Shown here: piece by piece, positions 12,785 to 25,741 of the stretch
Position numbering within the stretch: position 1 is the stretch's first letter
Layout: each line of letters begins with the position of its first letter
DNA from: Eledone cirrhosa
Taxonomy: Eukaryota
Length of the DNA stretch: 64,000 nucleotides
Direction of reading: 5' to 3'
NCBI GenBank assembly: GCA_964016885.1
Contig: OZ024751.1
Location: forward strand, 6,696,001-6,760,000
Notes under the pieces: model-generated
The model's database searches: none
What the model saw: the letters and a program-made list of their open reading frames with translations, nothing else
Told to the model about the DNA's origin: nothing
Position numbers and translations under genes: made by a program

Positions 12785-13975
12785 AACGTTCTAGTTGGTA
12801 CAATTCCTGAGTACATCAGAATATATTCCTAATATTGATATAGAAACTCTATATCTAGGCAAAATAAATAATCATTCAGTAAATATTAACAACTCTTCCA
12901 TTCATAACCAGGAATGACATAGAACAATAAGACTATAGTAATTTAGGCGAAACAATGATGAATTAGTAATGCACTTTTACTCACAGGTCATTGCAGTAAT
13001 GATGGAGGTGCTGTAGTGTGTCCTTAGCCGTATCGGATAAATCAAATTAAACATCTAGAGAATTAAATGACGAACGGATGCCTAAAACCTTTTAGCTTTA
13101 AGGGAAATAAATCATTCACGTTAAATATGTGAAAATACTATCCTTCAATTTTTCCTCATTAACAATCACGAACAATATACGACCTACTATTCATAAGATC
13201 ACAATACCTAGATTACATCCGCTCAGGGCTATATTCAGGCATTAAAACGATGATGCACGAACAGCACATCAGTTAGAGCTACACAATCCTTCCTCATTTA
13301 ATATTAAAGGGCTCCACTCCTAAACGATTATAGCAGCTTCTATAATTCATTCATTAAAATCCTTAATATTATTCTAGGATATTAAATGGGAAAGTTGCCA
13401 AATAATAAAAGGAAACACGAATGCACTGCAGGGTTCTATTTACGAATGTTCATACCAACATTTTCCCTTTACAATAGCTAATATTTAAGAATCTGTTGTA
13501 TAGATTATCACAAGTTAAATCAGCCACAATCTAGCATCTGTGTATTGATGGTATTAGATAGCAACTGAAAATAAGTATACAGGTGGACTCAGAGAAAGTT
13601 GTATTAAGTAGCTGAAAAATCTGTCAGAGTTAATTATTACAGTTGTTTACAGCAATACAATTAGCAGAGGCTAATATAGTACTTATGTAGATAAACTTTA
13701 TATCGAAATACTAAGCAAACATCAAGATCTAGCATCTCAAAGCTAACAGATGCAATGTATTTAATAACACAAGTTTAAATATGATCGAGGCATTTATACA
13801 AAGTGATATTAATTCTCTCTCTCATAAATACACACATATACATATATAGATCGGTAGTTATGTATCTACACACACACACACATAAACATACATACATACA
13901 TACATACATACATACATACATACATACATACATACATACATACATACATACATACATACATACATACATACATAC

Positions 13976-15799
13976 CCTCGTCCTTTCTGCTTAAGAAATG
14001 TGAGGGATACATCATTGGATCACAGGAGGACAGAAATACGAACCTAACACATAATTTCTTTGTGGACGATCTGAAACTCTATGCCAGAAACATGGATGGG
14101 ATGAAGAAAAAACTTGACCTGGTTACAACGTTCTCAAAGGATATAGGAATGGAGTTTTACCAATATAAATGCTCATAGATGACTGTAAAGCGGGGAAAAT
14201 CAACAACCCGATCTAGTAGCATTGTCATCAATGGCCTAACTGTTTCACCGATATCTGATGAGGACTGCTACAGATACCTGGGGATAGATGAGAACATATC
14301 CTATAATGGTATCTGTAATAAAGAACGCATAACCAGGGAATACTACACCCGATTAAGAAAGATTTGGTCATCGGAACTCTCTGCGCAAAACAAAACAGTG
14401 GCTCACAATGTGATTGCTGTGCCCGTCCTAACACCAACGGTTGGAATACTCAATTGGACGATAGACGAAATCCGAGCAGTTGATGTTGGAACTCTAAAAA
14501 TGCTAAACAACACCGGAAACTTCCACGTCAACAGTGACATAGACCGCCTTTACTTGAAACGGAAGCAGGGAGGCAGAGGCCTAACATCAGTCCAGACAAC
14601 ATTTGAATGTCGCATCATATCTCTCCGACAAGATCCACGAACCTCGACGCATAGGAGCCCGTTTCTCGAGCAAGTCTATCTGCATGAAACAGATAAGATC
14701 ATGAGAGTTGGGAAGGAACTCCTCGAGAGATAGTGAATCAATGGATAAAAAACTGCATGCTTATCAGCAAAAAATCATGCATGGATATGTTTCCAGGAAG
14801 CTCCAGAGTGACAGTAATATAGATAAGGAAAGTAGTCTATCTTGGACCAACAACCGCTATATTGGCTCCCATGTTGAAGGGTACGCTTTTGACATCCAAG
14901 AACAGGAGATTAACACGAAATACCTGATTCACAAAAGAGATAGGGATGCAGGCAAAACACCTAGATGTGATAAAAAGTGCAGACTCTGCAGCACTAACAT
15001 CGAGGATATCACCCATGTCATCAGCAGCTGTCCAAAGATGTCATCGCGGTACTATCTACCCATGAGGCATGATGTAGTGGCCAAAACACTGTACAATGCA
15101 GTTCGTAAAAAGGATAGCCCCGATAATAAATATATTAAAAGCTACAGCAATGTGGAAGACATCCATGTACATAATATGAAAGAGTACTGGTGTAATGTTC
15201 CAGTAAAAAAACCAATAAAATGCAGGCATAACAGACCAGATATTATGATATGGGACAGGGAGAAGAAAGCATGCACAGTAGTGGAAATTAACTGCCCAGC
15301 AGATGTCAATGTAATATCAAAGAGTAGCGAAAAGGGGAATATTTATGCAGAACTGATGAGAAATCTGCAGATACTCCACCCTGATTACACCTTCAGATGT
15401 ATGTCTGTGATTATTGGGGCACTGGTGTATGTTAGTAACTGCCTCAATACAAATCTTGAGAAGTTAGGCTTCACAGGAACAGAAAGAACACAACTAGTTA
15501 GGCAATTACAAGTACAAACCATTAATGGAACAGTAAAAATATGTAAAACATTCCAAAGATGTTGCATCTAATAACTGCATATACACATGTACAGATGCAA
15601 AGCATATACACATGCACACACACAACTGAAAACATCCACATCCACACATACAATAACATCCATATCTACACATGCATGCATACATACATATCTACCTAGT
15701 TGATGTTGTATAAATTCAAATGAGAGAGTCTTGTGCCTATGTTAGAAACCGACACTCTCTTTATTTGGAAAAAATTGTGAAATTATAAAACTAGAAGAA
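13976..15799 (+). mobile_element. 5'-truncated R4/Dong-clade non-LTR retrotransposon (RT, CCHC and restriction-like endonuclease), pseudogenised
   Basis: FVDDLKLY, YRYLGI, RLYLKRKQGGRGL, KCRLC...EDITHVISSCP, RHD, NRPDIMIWD...VVEI, K..EK...Y; stop and frameshift present; flanked by (CATA)n on both sides. Confidence 0.9.
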
Positions 15800-16176
15800 C
15801 ATACATACATACAAATATATGTATTTGAACATATGGATGTGTGTGAGTGTGTATTTTCACATATATATTCGGGGAATCGGTAATGTCACAGCATAGATTG
15901 TCGTGGTTATTTCCTCAATAAATTTGATTTTTCAATCACCCTCTTCTAAATTATCGCATTCATGTAGTTACACGTCAGTAAGCCAATTAAATTAACTTTA
16001 ACTGCTAAACACGCACGCGCACCCCCCCCCCCACACACACAAACACACACATATATATATATATGCATGTATATATGAAGGCGGCGGACCTGACTAGAAA
16101 CTGCTAATTGCGTGGCCGTATTTTTGTCTCTCTGCCTTTTTAGCCCCATGGCTTATATTACTTTGTTAAATTTCGA

Positions 16177-16234
16177 ATGCCTGATGATGTCACCAGATTC
16201 ATACTGAACCCGGTCATTTAAATGTTCATAGTAT
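16177..16234 (+). ncRNA. Decayed hammerhead motif in a short (TA)n-flanked unit (about 16075-16280)
   Basis: ATGC-CTGATGA-stem II (ATTCA/TGAAC, ACC/GGT)-TAAA in place of GAAA-TG TT CA TA-GTAT, followed by AATAAA. Confidence 0.5.
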
Positions 16235-16292
16235 AATAAAGGAATTACTCCAGTCCAGGTTCCAGTTATTTTATACTATATATATATATTCA

Positions 16293-16480
16293 TTTGGCAG
16301 TATCGGTAGAGGGTTGGACGCCATGCTTTCTAGCATAGTTACGTCCCTTTACAGTCTGAGTTCAAATCCCGCCGAGGTTAACTTTGTCTTTCATCCTTAC
16401 GGGGTCGATAACATAAAGTACCAGTAATGTACTGGATAATTGCTGGCCTTGTGCCTAAAGTAGAAACAATTATTATTATA
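16293..16480 (+). mobile_element. tRNA-derived SINE, same family as 920-1112
   Basis: TGGCAGTATCGGTAGAGGG...GAGTTCAAATCCCGCCGAGGTTAACTTTG...GGCCTTGTGCCTAAAGTAGAAACAATTATT. Confidence 0.85.
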
Positions 16481-16559
16481 GAAATGACTTCTACAGGACT
16501 AGATCTGTTTCATGAAAGGCCGGCAATTGTTGCCATCTGCCGACATATTTTCTTATATA

Positions 16560-18470
16560 TATATATATGTCGGACAGACGGGACGTCGCCTGGCGGACCG
16601 AGTCACGGAGCACCTCCGGGATATTCGTCTCGGGGGAAGTTCCCCCCATCGCCCACCACTTTGGTGGCCCTGGACATTCCGCACGCCATCTCACAGTCTG
16701 TGGCCTACTCCAGTGCCACGGAACACCCGCCAATCGCCTTACGGTCGAACAACGAACTATCTTCATCTTACAGACCCACACTCTCCCCGGCCTGAACTCC
16801 CCACCCTTATTCCTTTAGCCTTCGACCGCCCCCTCCCCCACACTTATCCCCCACTAACACCACTAACACGCCCCTAATTTTCACCGCCCACCCCACAACT
16901 AACAATACTAACACCTCCACTCCACCCCTCATCTGACCACCCTTCCCCAACTAACATAATAACATCCCTTCCCTCCCCTCTTCTCCTCCTCCCCCTCCTT
17001 ATCACACGCACACACCCACCGGCACATATATACACGCGCTCACACTAAACACACACCCTACTACCACCATTAACCCTCACCCCCACACCCCTCACCCCAC
17101 ACCCCTCAACCCCACACCTCCATCCCACCACCCCGCAACTAAACTCACTAACACCCCCAAACCCCAAGCACACGAACACACGCACCCACTTACACCACCC
17201 ACCCCACACGCAACTAACATCACTAACACCCCCCAACCCCACGCACACGTACCCACACACCCTCGTACACCACCAACTCTACACACCCTACCACCACTAA
17301 CCCCCACTCATACCTGCATTCAACCCCTCCGCACCTCCCGTACACTAATACCCACTAACACCTCTTCATCATACTACACACACACCAGTACACCACACTC
17401 CCTCCATAGAACCACACACACCCTTCTCTCCCCGCTCCACCCACACCCTCGCTCCACACTCACTCATCCCACTAACACCCCTACTAATACACACACACAC
17501 ACCCTCCTCACTCCAACTTTCACACCTACCCATCCTCGCCCCTTTACCATTCCACCGACTGCTGCTATGCCCTCTGGCCACCTCCCAGCACAAACAGACC
17601 ACAGCACTCCCACTGCTGACCACTTCCTGTTGCGCGCGCACCCCACATCTCTCCTCTTCCGACCATCGCTTCATGGAATACCCACACGCAGAAATTGACC
17701 AACAACCAATCCACTAAACATCTTTGGAATTTACCAACTTTTCAACCATCCTCTTACGTAATCACCTATATAACTCACCCACACACACACCCCAACAAAA
17801 AATTTTTCTCCACACGCCACCTACACCCACAACACGCTTAAACCCCACACACACGTGCATTCCACCACATATTTACACCCTCAGCCTCCTGATACCTCTC
17901 CCCCACCCCTCTATCCACACACGCACAGACACTCCGACCCACAACTACCACCCCACACGCACCTCTTCCTGAACATGCAACCCCGTTCTTCCCCCAACCC
18001 TTACTTTCACATACACACACACACACACACACACGCGCACACCTACACACACACACCACCTTCAGCCCTCCCCGCTCGGACACCCCGTCTCTCTCTCCCC
18101 CACTCCATCCGCCACTACCCATACACACCCCACACCCTTCCACCACCTGTTTACCCCCCTTTTAATTTCAGTTTATTTTGATCATGCATTTATTTTTTAA
18201 TTTATCTCATTCCTTGTATTTTGATCATGCTTTATTTTTATTTTTATCTTTATTTTTTATTTTTTCATTCGCACCGTTTCCTTTCGCTATATGTCTCTCT
18301 ACCACTCCCCTACACACCCTTTGAACTCTGTTCCCACACACTTCTCACCTGAGGAAGGGCTTATGACCGAAACGTCGTCCCCCACCAAAACCCCACTCTC
18401 CAGAGCGTGAAATTAATAAACATTCGTTGTACTGCCTCTCTGTTTTGTCCCTGTTCAAATTTTTCCATTA
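16560..18470 (+). mobile_element. Neptune-like PLE 3' fragment: GIY-YIG, ~1.4-kb C/A-rich UTR, HHR and AATAAA
   Basis: YVGQTGRRLADRVTEHLRDIR, then frameshifted PIAHHFGGPGHS...RLTVEQRTIFILQTHTLPGLN; TA-repeat flanks. Confidence 0.85.
18346..18379 (+). ncRNA. Minimal Penelope-type hammerhead
   Basis: CTGAGGA-AGG GCTTATGA CC-GAAACGTC has a palindromic ACGT stem III, a GUC triplet and a very short stem I. Confidence 0.7.
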
Positions 18471-18475
18471 TATAT

Positions 18476-18860
18476 ATATATTGGTAAACGGAAAAGAAAA
18501 TGATGACAAATTGTTCACAGTGAAAAATAGTTTAATTAGGAATAAGTGAAGATTAGTAATAGTATTGGTCAGTATTCAGTTTTGGTTTTAAGTTTTACCG
18601 GTTGCGCATTTCTAATGCTTTTCAAAAATAATTTTGAGATAGAGCGTCCGTGATGTTTGTTCTAATCAGATTAGAACAAACATCACGGGCGCTCTATCTC
18701 AAAATTATTTTTGAAAAGCATTAGAAATGCGCAACCGGTAAAACTTAAAACCAAAACTGAATACTAACCAATACTATTACTAATTTTCACTTATTCCTAA
18801 TTAAACTATGTTTCACTGTGAACAATTTGTCAGCATTTTCTTTACCGTTTACCAATATAT
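18476..18860. repeat. Near-perfect palindrome with ~190-bp arms and 1-nt loop at 18668
   Basis: 18481 pairs with 18855 without indels; about 6 mismatches counted by eye; (TA)n flanks; HHR-like motif at 18708-18743. Confidence 0.95.
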
Positions 18861-19156
18861 CATAACTCGTGTGTTACACCTCTATTCTTTTAACTATATA
18901 TATATATATATAAATTTATACATATGTAGACATATATATATACAAATTTATACATACGTATATATACTTATATACATATAAATATATATTAATACATATT
19001 GTATATACATACATTTATATATATATACACATATATATATATATATATATATACATACACATATATATACATATATATATACACACATATATATATATAG
19101 ACATATATATATACATATATATATATACATTTTTATATACATATATATACATATAC

Positions 19157-19750
<594 letters not shown>

Positions 19751-19789
19751 GATATTAATAAATGGAAACTATATTTATATAACCATATT

Positions 19790-19854
19790 TATTTCATTAT
19801 ACATATTTCAGGGATACCATATTAAATTATGGTATGCCTTCATCAGACAAAATA
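19790..19854 (-). ncRNA. Type I hammerhead in the pLTR
   Basis: Stem I TATTTTGT/ATGAAATA; CTGATGA; stem II AGG-ATACCATA/TATGGTAT-CCT; GAAATATGTATA. Confidence 0.8.
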
Positions 19855-22125
19855 CAATATATAACAGTTTTACAAATAGCTTTGACGTACCCTTTTAAAA
19901 TACAACCATTACTTTCGGAGGCTGTCTGGATAGTGAATTGTTTATATTGTTTTAATAATTCATAGTGTTAAGAAAAAGACGGAGATAAAGAAAAAGAAAA
20001 AAGACGGAAAGTGAGAAAAGAACAATGACGGAGAGAGAGAAAGAAAGAAAGAAAACCTGGAGAAATATCGGAGAGAGAGAGAAATGTATGGAGAAAAGAA
20101 AGAGATAAATAAAGATAGGAGGAAATAAAAAATAAAAAATATTGAAAGGGTAGACATATGAAAGTTATGAGAAGCTATCATAATCAAAACAAATAAATAA
20201 AAATAATTTAAAAGATTTAAAGAAATTTTAAAAAATTAAAAAAAATTTAAAAAAATTAAAAAAAACCCAATGATTCTACAGATAACCTTATATTTAGTAT
20301 AGAAATTTACCTTACTTATATTTTATTTAATACATTGGAAGTATAGACAATTTAGAGTAGTTTATTATATCCTTGTTTATATTTAGGAAGAAAGTTTAAA
20401 AAGAAAAAAGTGAAGGAATCTAATGATTTATCGACAGGTTCCATATATTAACTAAAATTATTTAATTATTTATACTACATTTTAAATTCATATTTATATT
20501 TAAACGTTGAGTTCAATCTATGTTTGCAGCAACTGAATAAATTGTTCCTTAGATTAAGGGAATTGTTGGACTTTAATATAAAGAATATTTCTTCAATACA
20601 AAGATCACAAGTTTCTGAAGAGGAATTAAAAGGAGTAGCTAATGAAATAATATTCCAATTCATCGAATATTAAATATTATCTCGTTTTAGATCCCATAGT
20701 AGGCTAGATAGTGAAGTTGATGATTTTTTGTTTGGATCTGTGAAAGAATTCTTATGATTATTGAAGCGAAATTTAACTTCTGTAGAGGTGGAACCAACAT
20801 AGTTAAATGAATTTAAATTAGTTTTAACATTACAATTGTACACTACATTTTTAGCTAAGCAATTGTTATTTAACGGACAGTTAGATTTATTTCTAGTTAC
20901 AGTTATTTAATAGAATATTGTTTGGGTTATTATTGGTATTTTAGTTAGGTTTTAAATCCCTATTATTAATTCTATTAATATTTTGTGCTAAATTTTTGGT
21001 GGACGAATAAGTTAATTTTATAGTGTGTCTATTAAAAATTGAGTAATATTTATGTGTTCTAGGGAAGCGTGTGTCAAGAGCTTTAAAGAATAGTTTAGCA
21101 ATAGGGATTTTAATATTTAGTGAGAAAGGGGGAGCAAACCATAATATATTTCTAGTTCTATTTCTTTTTCGGCTTTTGGAATTATTGTAATGTTTTCTAT
21201 TATAGTTGTTAAAGTTGTTACCGTAATTGAAATTGTTATTATTTTGGTTAGTTTGTTTATTATTATTATTATAGATGTATTTAATTTTATTTCTATATCC
21301 AGCTCTACCTAACGCATCGTTGTAATACTGCGCTTTTTCATCAAATATATTTTTATTAGATGAAATTCTTGAAATTCATTCTTGAACAGAGTTCACTATA
21401 GTATTTTTAACAGATCTGGGGTGATTAGAGTTAAAGTTGACATAATTCAAGTTCTCATTTCGTTTGTGAAATGGATAGTGAAGACATGTGTTGAGATTTA
21501 GTGTTATATCAAGAAAATTGACTATTCTATGGCTATTCTCTATTTCTATTTTTAGATTAAGGTAATTAAAAAATTGTATAATTTGTTTTCTTTTTCTATT
21601 TAGTTCACAGCTATTATTTTCTATAAGTAAAAGCATGTCATCACGATATAATCCTCCGGTTACACCTGGTATTTTTCTATGTAGCGAATTAATTATAAAT
21701 AGGCCCACAAGGTCCGTTACCTGAGCTGAGTCTGATGATCACATAGTTATGTCGAAATTATTATTTCTATCTGCCCTAGTCCAGAGTTGGTTATTAAATT
21801 CTATCAATGTTTTCCTTGCCGATAATAATATAATGTGCATTTCATTGCTAGTTAGGTCAATATGTTTAAATGCGTAATTTAGTTTCTTATTCAGTAGATT
21901 AGGAGTGATAGATGAATAGTAGTTAGCAATATCCAGCTGAATAAACTTATTATTACAGTTATATTTAATTTCTTTAAACCAATAAATAATCTCACTCGTC
22001 CCTTTCCATAATTTTAAGTAAGATAAATTAGGTAAGTTTATAATTTGTTGAATTACCCTGTCTAGAATATTTTTGCTAAGTTTTCCCAGGTCAGATTTGG
22101 ATGGTGCAATTAATCTGACTATTAA

Positions 22126-22183
22126 TCTGATGAAGGCATACCATAATTTAATATGGTATCCCTGAAATATGTATAATGAAATA
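22126..22183 (+). ncRNA. Inverted copy of the same hammerhead, lacking the 5' strand of stem I
   Basis: TCTGATGAAGGCATACCATAATTTAATATGGTATCCCTGAAATATGTATAATGAAATA. Confidence 0.7.
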
Positions 22184-22309
22184 AATATGGTTTTATAAAT
22201 ATAGTTTCCATTTATTAATATCGTATATCTACTCCAAAAACTGTCGAGTGCTTTTATCAGTTATAAAAATATTTACTTGTTGTATCCCAACAGCTGTAAA
22301 TACAACTTT

Positions 22310-22663
<354 letters not shown>

Positions 22664-23175
22664 AAGTGTTAAAACGATCAAAGTTTAGTTCAGAACATTT
22701 ATTTGCTGACAATTGTTTCATGCAGAAGGAAGTCTGGAATCATCGGAGCATAGGGAATGTCGAAACATTTTACTAAAATCCTAGTCATTTAGAACATTTA
22801 AGGTATATAATTGTTGTTAGTGTCATAGGTATCATGTGGAGACTAAGGAGTTAAAAAAGATGTTCTGCTTGAGAGAACACAATTACAGGCACTGGTGGAA
22901 AGTGTAAGAGGTATAAGTGAAAAGGACAAGCCAAAAAAAACAAAAAAAACATAAGCAAACAAGTACAGGCAAACAAAGTTACGAAAGGGATAAACGGAAA
23001 AAATGAAACGAAATTTCATTTCTCACTCTTAGTACGGCTGTTACTTAAATATAACTATGTATACCGTACCGCGGTCGATTAACTCACTCGATATGCAAAT
23101 TAGGCTGCTCAGCCGTTAATATGCATAGGGAAAGTATATACTTTCAGACGTTCAATCATCTGGCAGGAAGGTATA

Positions 23176-23216
23176 CGTTGCTGACAATAGCTAATATGCT
23201 TGAAACTAGTACAGCG
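23176..23216 (+). ncRNA. Minimal hammerhead with G8A core change
   Basis: Stem I CGTTG/CAGCG; CTGACAA; stem II AGC-TAATAT-GCT; GAAAC-TA-GTA with palindromic ACTAGT. Confidence 0.6.
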
Positions 23217-23422
23217 TTCCTTTGTCAGTGTTGAACAAATGAGCAACGATGGTTGCTAGACACTGTACGGAATAATACGGGATATTTGTTTACAAACACA
23301 CCAAGCATTATAATAAATGTTCGGTGAATCCATACGTACATATATATATATGTGTTCATGTATGTATATATATATACATACTACTGTACGTCTGTATACA
23401 TATACGTATGTACGTATACATA

Positions 23423-23481
<59 letters not shown>

Positions 23482-23487
<6 letters not shown>

Positions 23488-25045
23488 TGTGCAGAGAGAG
23501 TTGAAGTTTTTTTATGACAGAATAGTGAGTTGCATAATATATACTGGAGTAATTGCTGTTAAATACACTGTTGTCTGTTATTTATTTGGTGTTGTATATT
23601 GAGAGTATATTAGAGTGTCTATATGATTTAATTATTTTAATTGTATAAGGTAAGAGATCAAACAAGGGGTTTATTGACTGTATGTAGGTTAGTGTGGTAT
23701 TTTAATTAAGGTGTAATCCTATATTCATGAAGATCTAATTGGCTACATTAAAAAGTGTTGGTCTAGTGTTATCTCCGACATTTGTCTTTATTTTCAATTG
23801 TCTTATCATTATTATTATTAGTTACTAGGTATGAAGTAGTGGAACGAGAATCTATGGTAATGTGGACACGTAGAGAAGATCTCTGATTTCCTATTTAGCA
23901 GACTAAGATGAGAGTCAATAATATTTCTAGACTAGAGGATGCAAAGGTTACAAAATTTGTTAGGAGGACTATATGAAGCGGCTTTAGCTATCACTTCCCA
24001 TTTTAAGGTGTATGGCATATTACTTGATTTTAGTGAGTGTATGTATGTGGGTAGTGAGGTTACGTTGCTAAGTTTAGGGTTTCTGAACGAAATAAGGTAT
24101 GAATTATATCTGGTCTTAAAGCTGTTCGATGTTGATTATATATACATTCGAGATGTGATTAGCGGTTACAGTACAGGAGTAGATGTCTTTAATAAGTCAG
24201 TTCTTATTTAATGGGCACGTCTTGTTAAGTCTACAATTACAATTGTTTTGGTAACTAGTATACTGGTTAAGGGGGTATGCATTTGAGTAGTTGTTTCTAT
24301 TTCTACTTCTAGTATTATGATTATGGTAAGTATTATTATTATTGGTATTATTAGTGTGACTTGCTGTATGGTCTTGTACTGTGTTATTGTTCAGGTTATT
24401 TCTATGCTGGACATTATTAATTTGTGTAGTTTGAAGTACTTTTCAATGTTCTCTTGTTGGTGCTGGCTATACGGTCTCCCATGTTAGGTGTGGTGGAGTA
24501 GGATATTTTAATTGTGTTTTTGTTAAATAGGTTGTGGTATTTATGGTTAGTTGGGAAGTTTTTGACTAGAGTAGTGAAGAAAGCTTTAGATATGTTTGTT
24601 GAGACATTTAAGTTGAACGGAATATTAAAAAATGTGTTATTTCTTCTGGTTGTTACTCATACTACGGTTTAGTGTCGTGTTAGGTACCTTCTAATCTATA
24701 TTTTTCTTTCTGTGGTTTTTCTTAGGATTATTGCTAGGGTGTGATTTAACTTTTTTGATGCCCTCTATATAGGAGTCGTGGTTTTAATACTATGATCATA
24801 TTTAATTTTATTCATGGCCATGTTGTGTGAAATTATATTAGGTTGTATAGGGGTGGGTGACGATTTAGGTTTAAATTTAATTTTATCTCTATGGCCGGAA
24901 CGGGCTAAGGCTTCATTATAGTATTGGGAGTACGATTAAATGTATTCTCGTTGTAAGAAAGACTAGATATTCTATTAGATACCCCATTAATAATTGAGGT
25001 CAATACAGATTTAGGGTGGTTAGAGTTGGTATTAACATAGAAATA
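23482..25045 (-). mobile_element. Highly decayed PLE (RT thumb, linker and GIY-YIG)
   Basis: Minus strand: YVNTNSNHPKSV...NRISSLS, YYNEALARSGH, FFNIPFNLNVSTNI...HKYHNLFNKNTIKISYS, CPLNKN, WEVIAKAASYSPPNKFCNLC. Confidence 0.8.
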
Positions 25046-25741
25046 ACAGTTAATACAAACCCTAGAAAAGATAATTTGTAGATAAAAAATGCATAAGATA
25101 ATATACCTACAATAATAATATGGCTAGTAATTCGGTGGAATTTATATTTAACAAACAAACACCTATTGACTATAAACGACTCAAAATAATCCCATGGTTA
25201 ATAGCTGTGAGTTACAAATAAAATATACACATAAATACGAACTATAACTCAAAAACACTTGAATGAAAATCACATATCCAACTCTATCACGTGCTTTGCA
25301 TTACACCTTAAATAACAAATACCTTCATTATCACCACATGCCTCTCTAACAAATTGTACACTATCTTAAACATAACAATTATAACATGCTCTAACACCCC
25401 ACACAAAATATGTTTATTTCAACTGCATTATAACTCTTACTTCATACATGCCTTATTGACTGTATTGACTCCTCATTGTACACCAATTTTCCTTGCTTAT
25501 AACTTTGTTTGCCTGTACTTGTTTGCTTGTGTGTTGTTTTTTGTTTGCTTGTGCTTTTCAATTATACCTCTTACACTTTCAACCAGTGCTGCCTGTAATT
25601 GTGTTCTCTCAGGCAGAACATCTTTTTAACTCCTCAACTCTCCACATGGTACCTATGACACTAACAACAATTATGTACCCTAAATGTTCTAAATGACTAG
25701 GATTTTAGTAACATGTTTCGACATTCCCTATGCTCCGATAA

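Larger units (their letters stand above)
19748..22312 (-). mobile_element. 5'-truncated PLE (RT and GIY-YIG, tentatively Nematis-like) with inverted pLTR at its 5' end
   Basis: Minus-strand RT: RLIAPSKSDLGK, FIQLDIANYYSSI, FDITM*SSDSAQVTDLVGL, GLYRDD, VNFLDITLNL, NSNHP; endonuclease C-terminus CDLCIEE...CKHR; 22126-22226 is the reverse complement of 19748-19847. Confidence 0.9.

Noticed and set aside
23125-23165. Minus-strand CAGATGA...GAAAGTATATACTTTC as another hammerhead
   Set aside because: The core is mismatched, stems I and II are unconvincing, and it is mostly a 16-bp palindrome.
22742-25739. Separate element with 245-bp TIRs inserted in a larger transposon
   Set aside because: Better explained as part of the outer TIRs; the CAC...GTG ends and TAA duplication show that 25742-27459 is the inserted piece.
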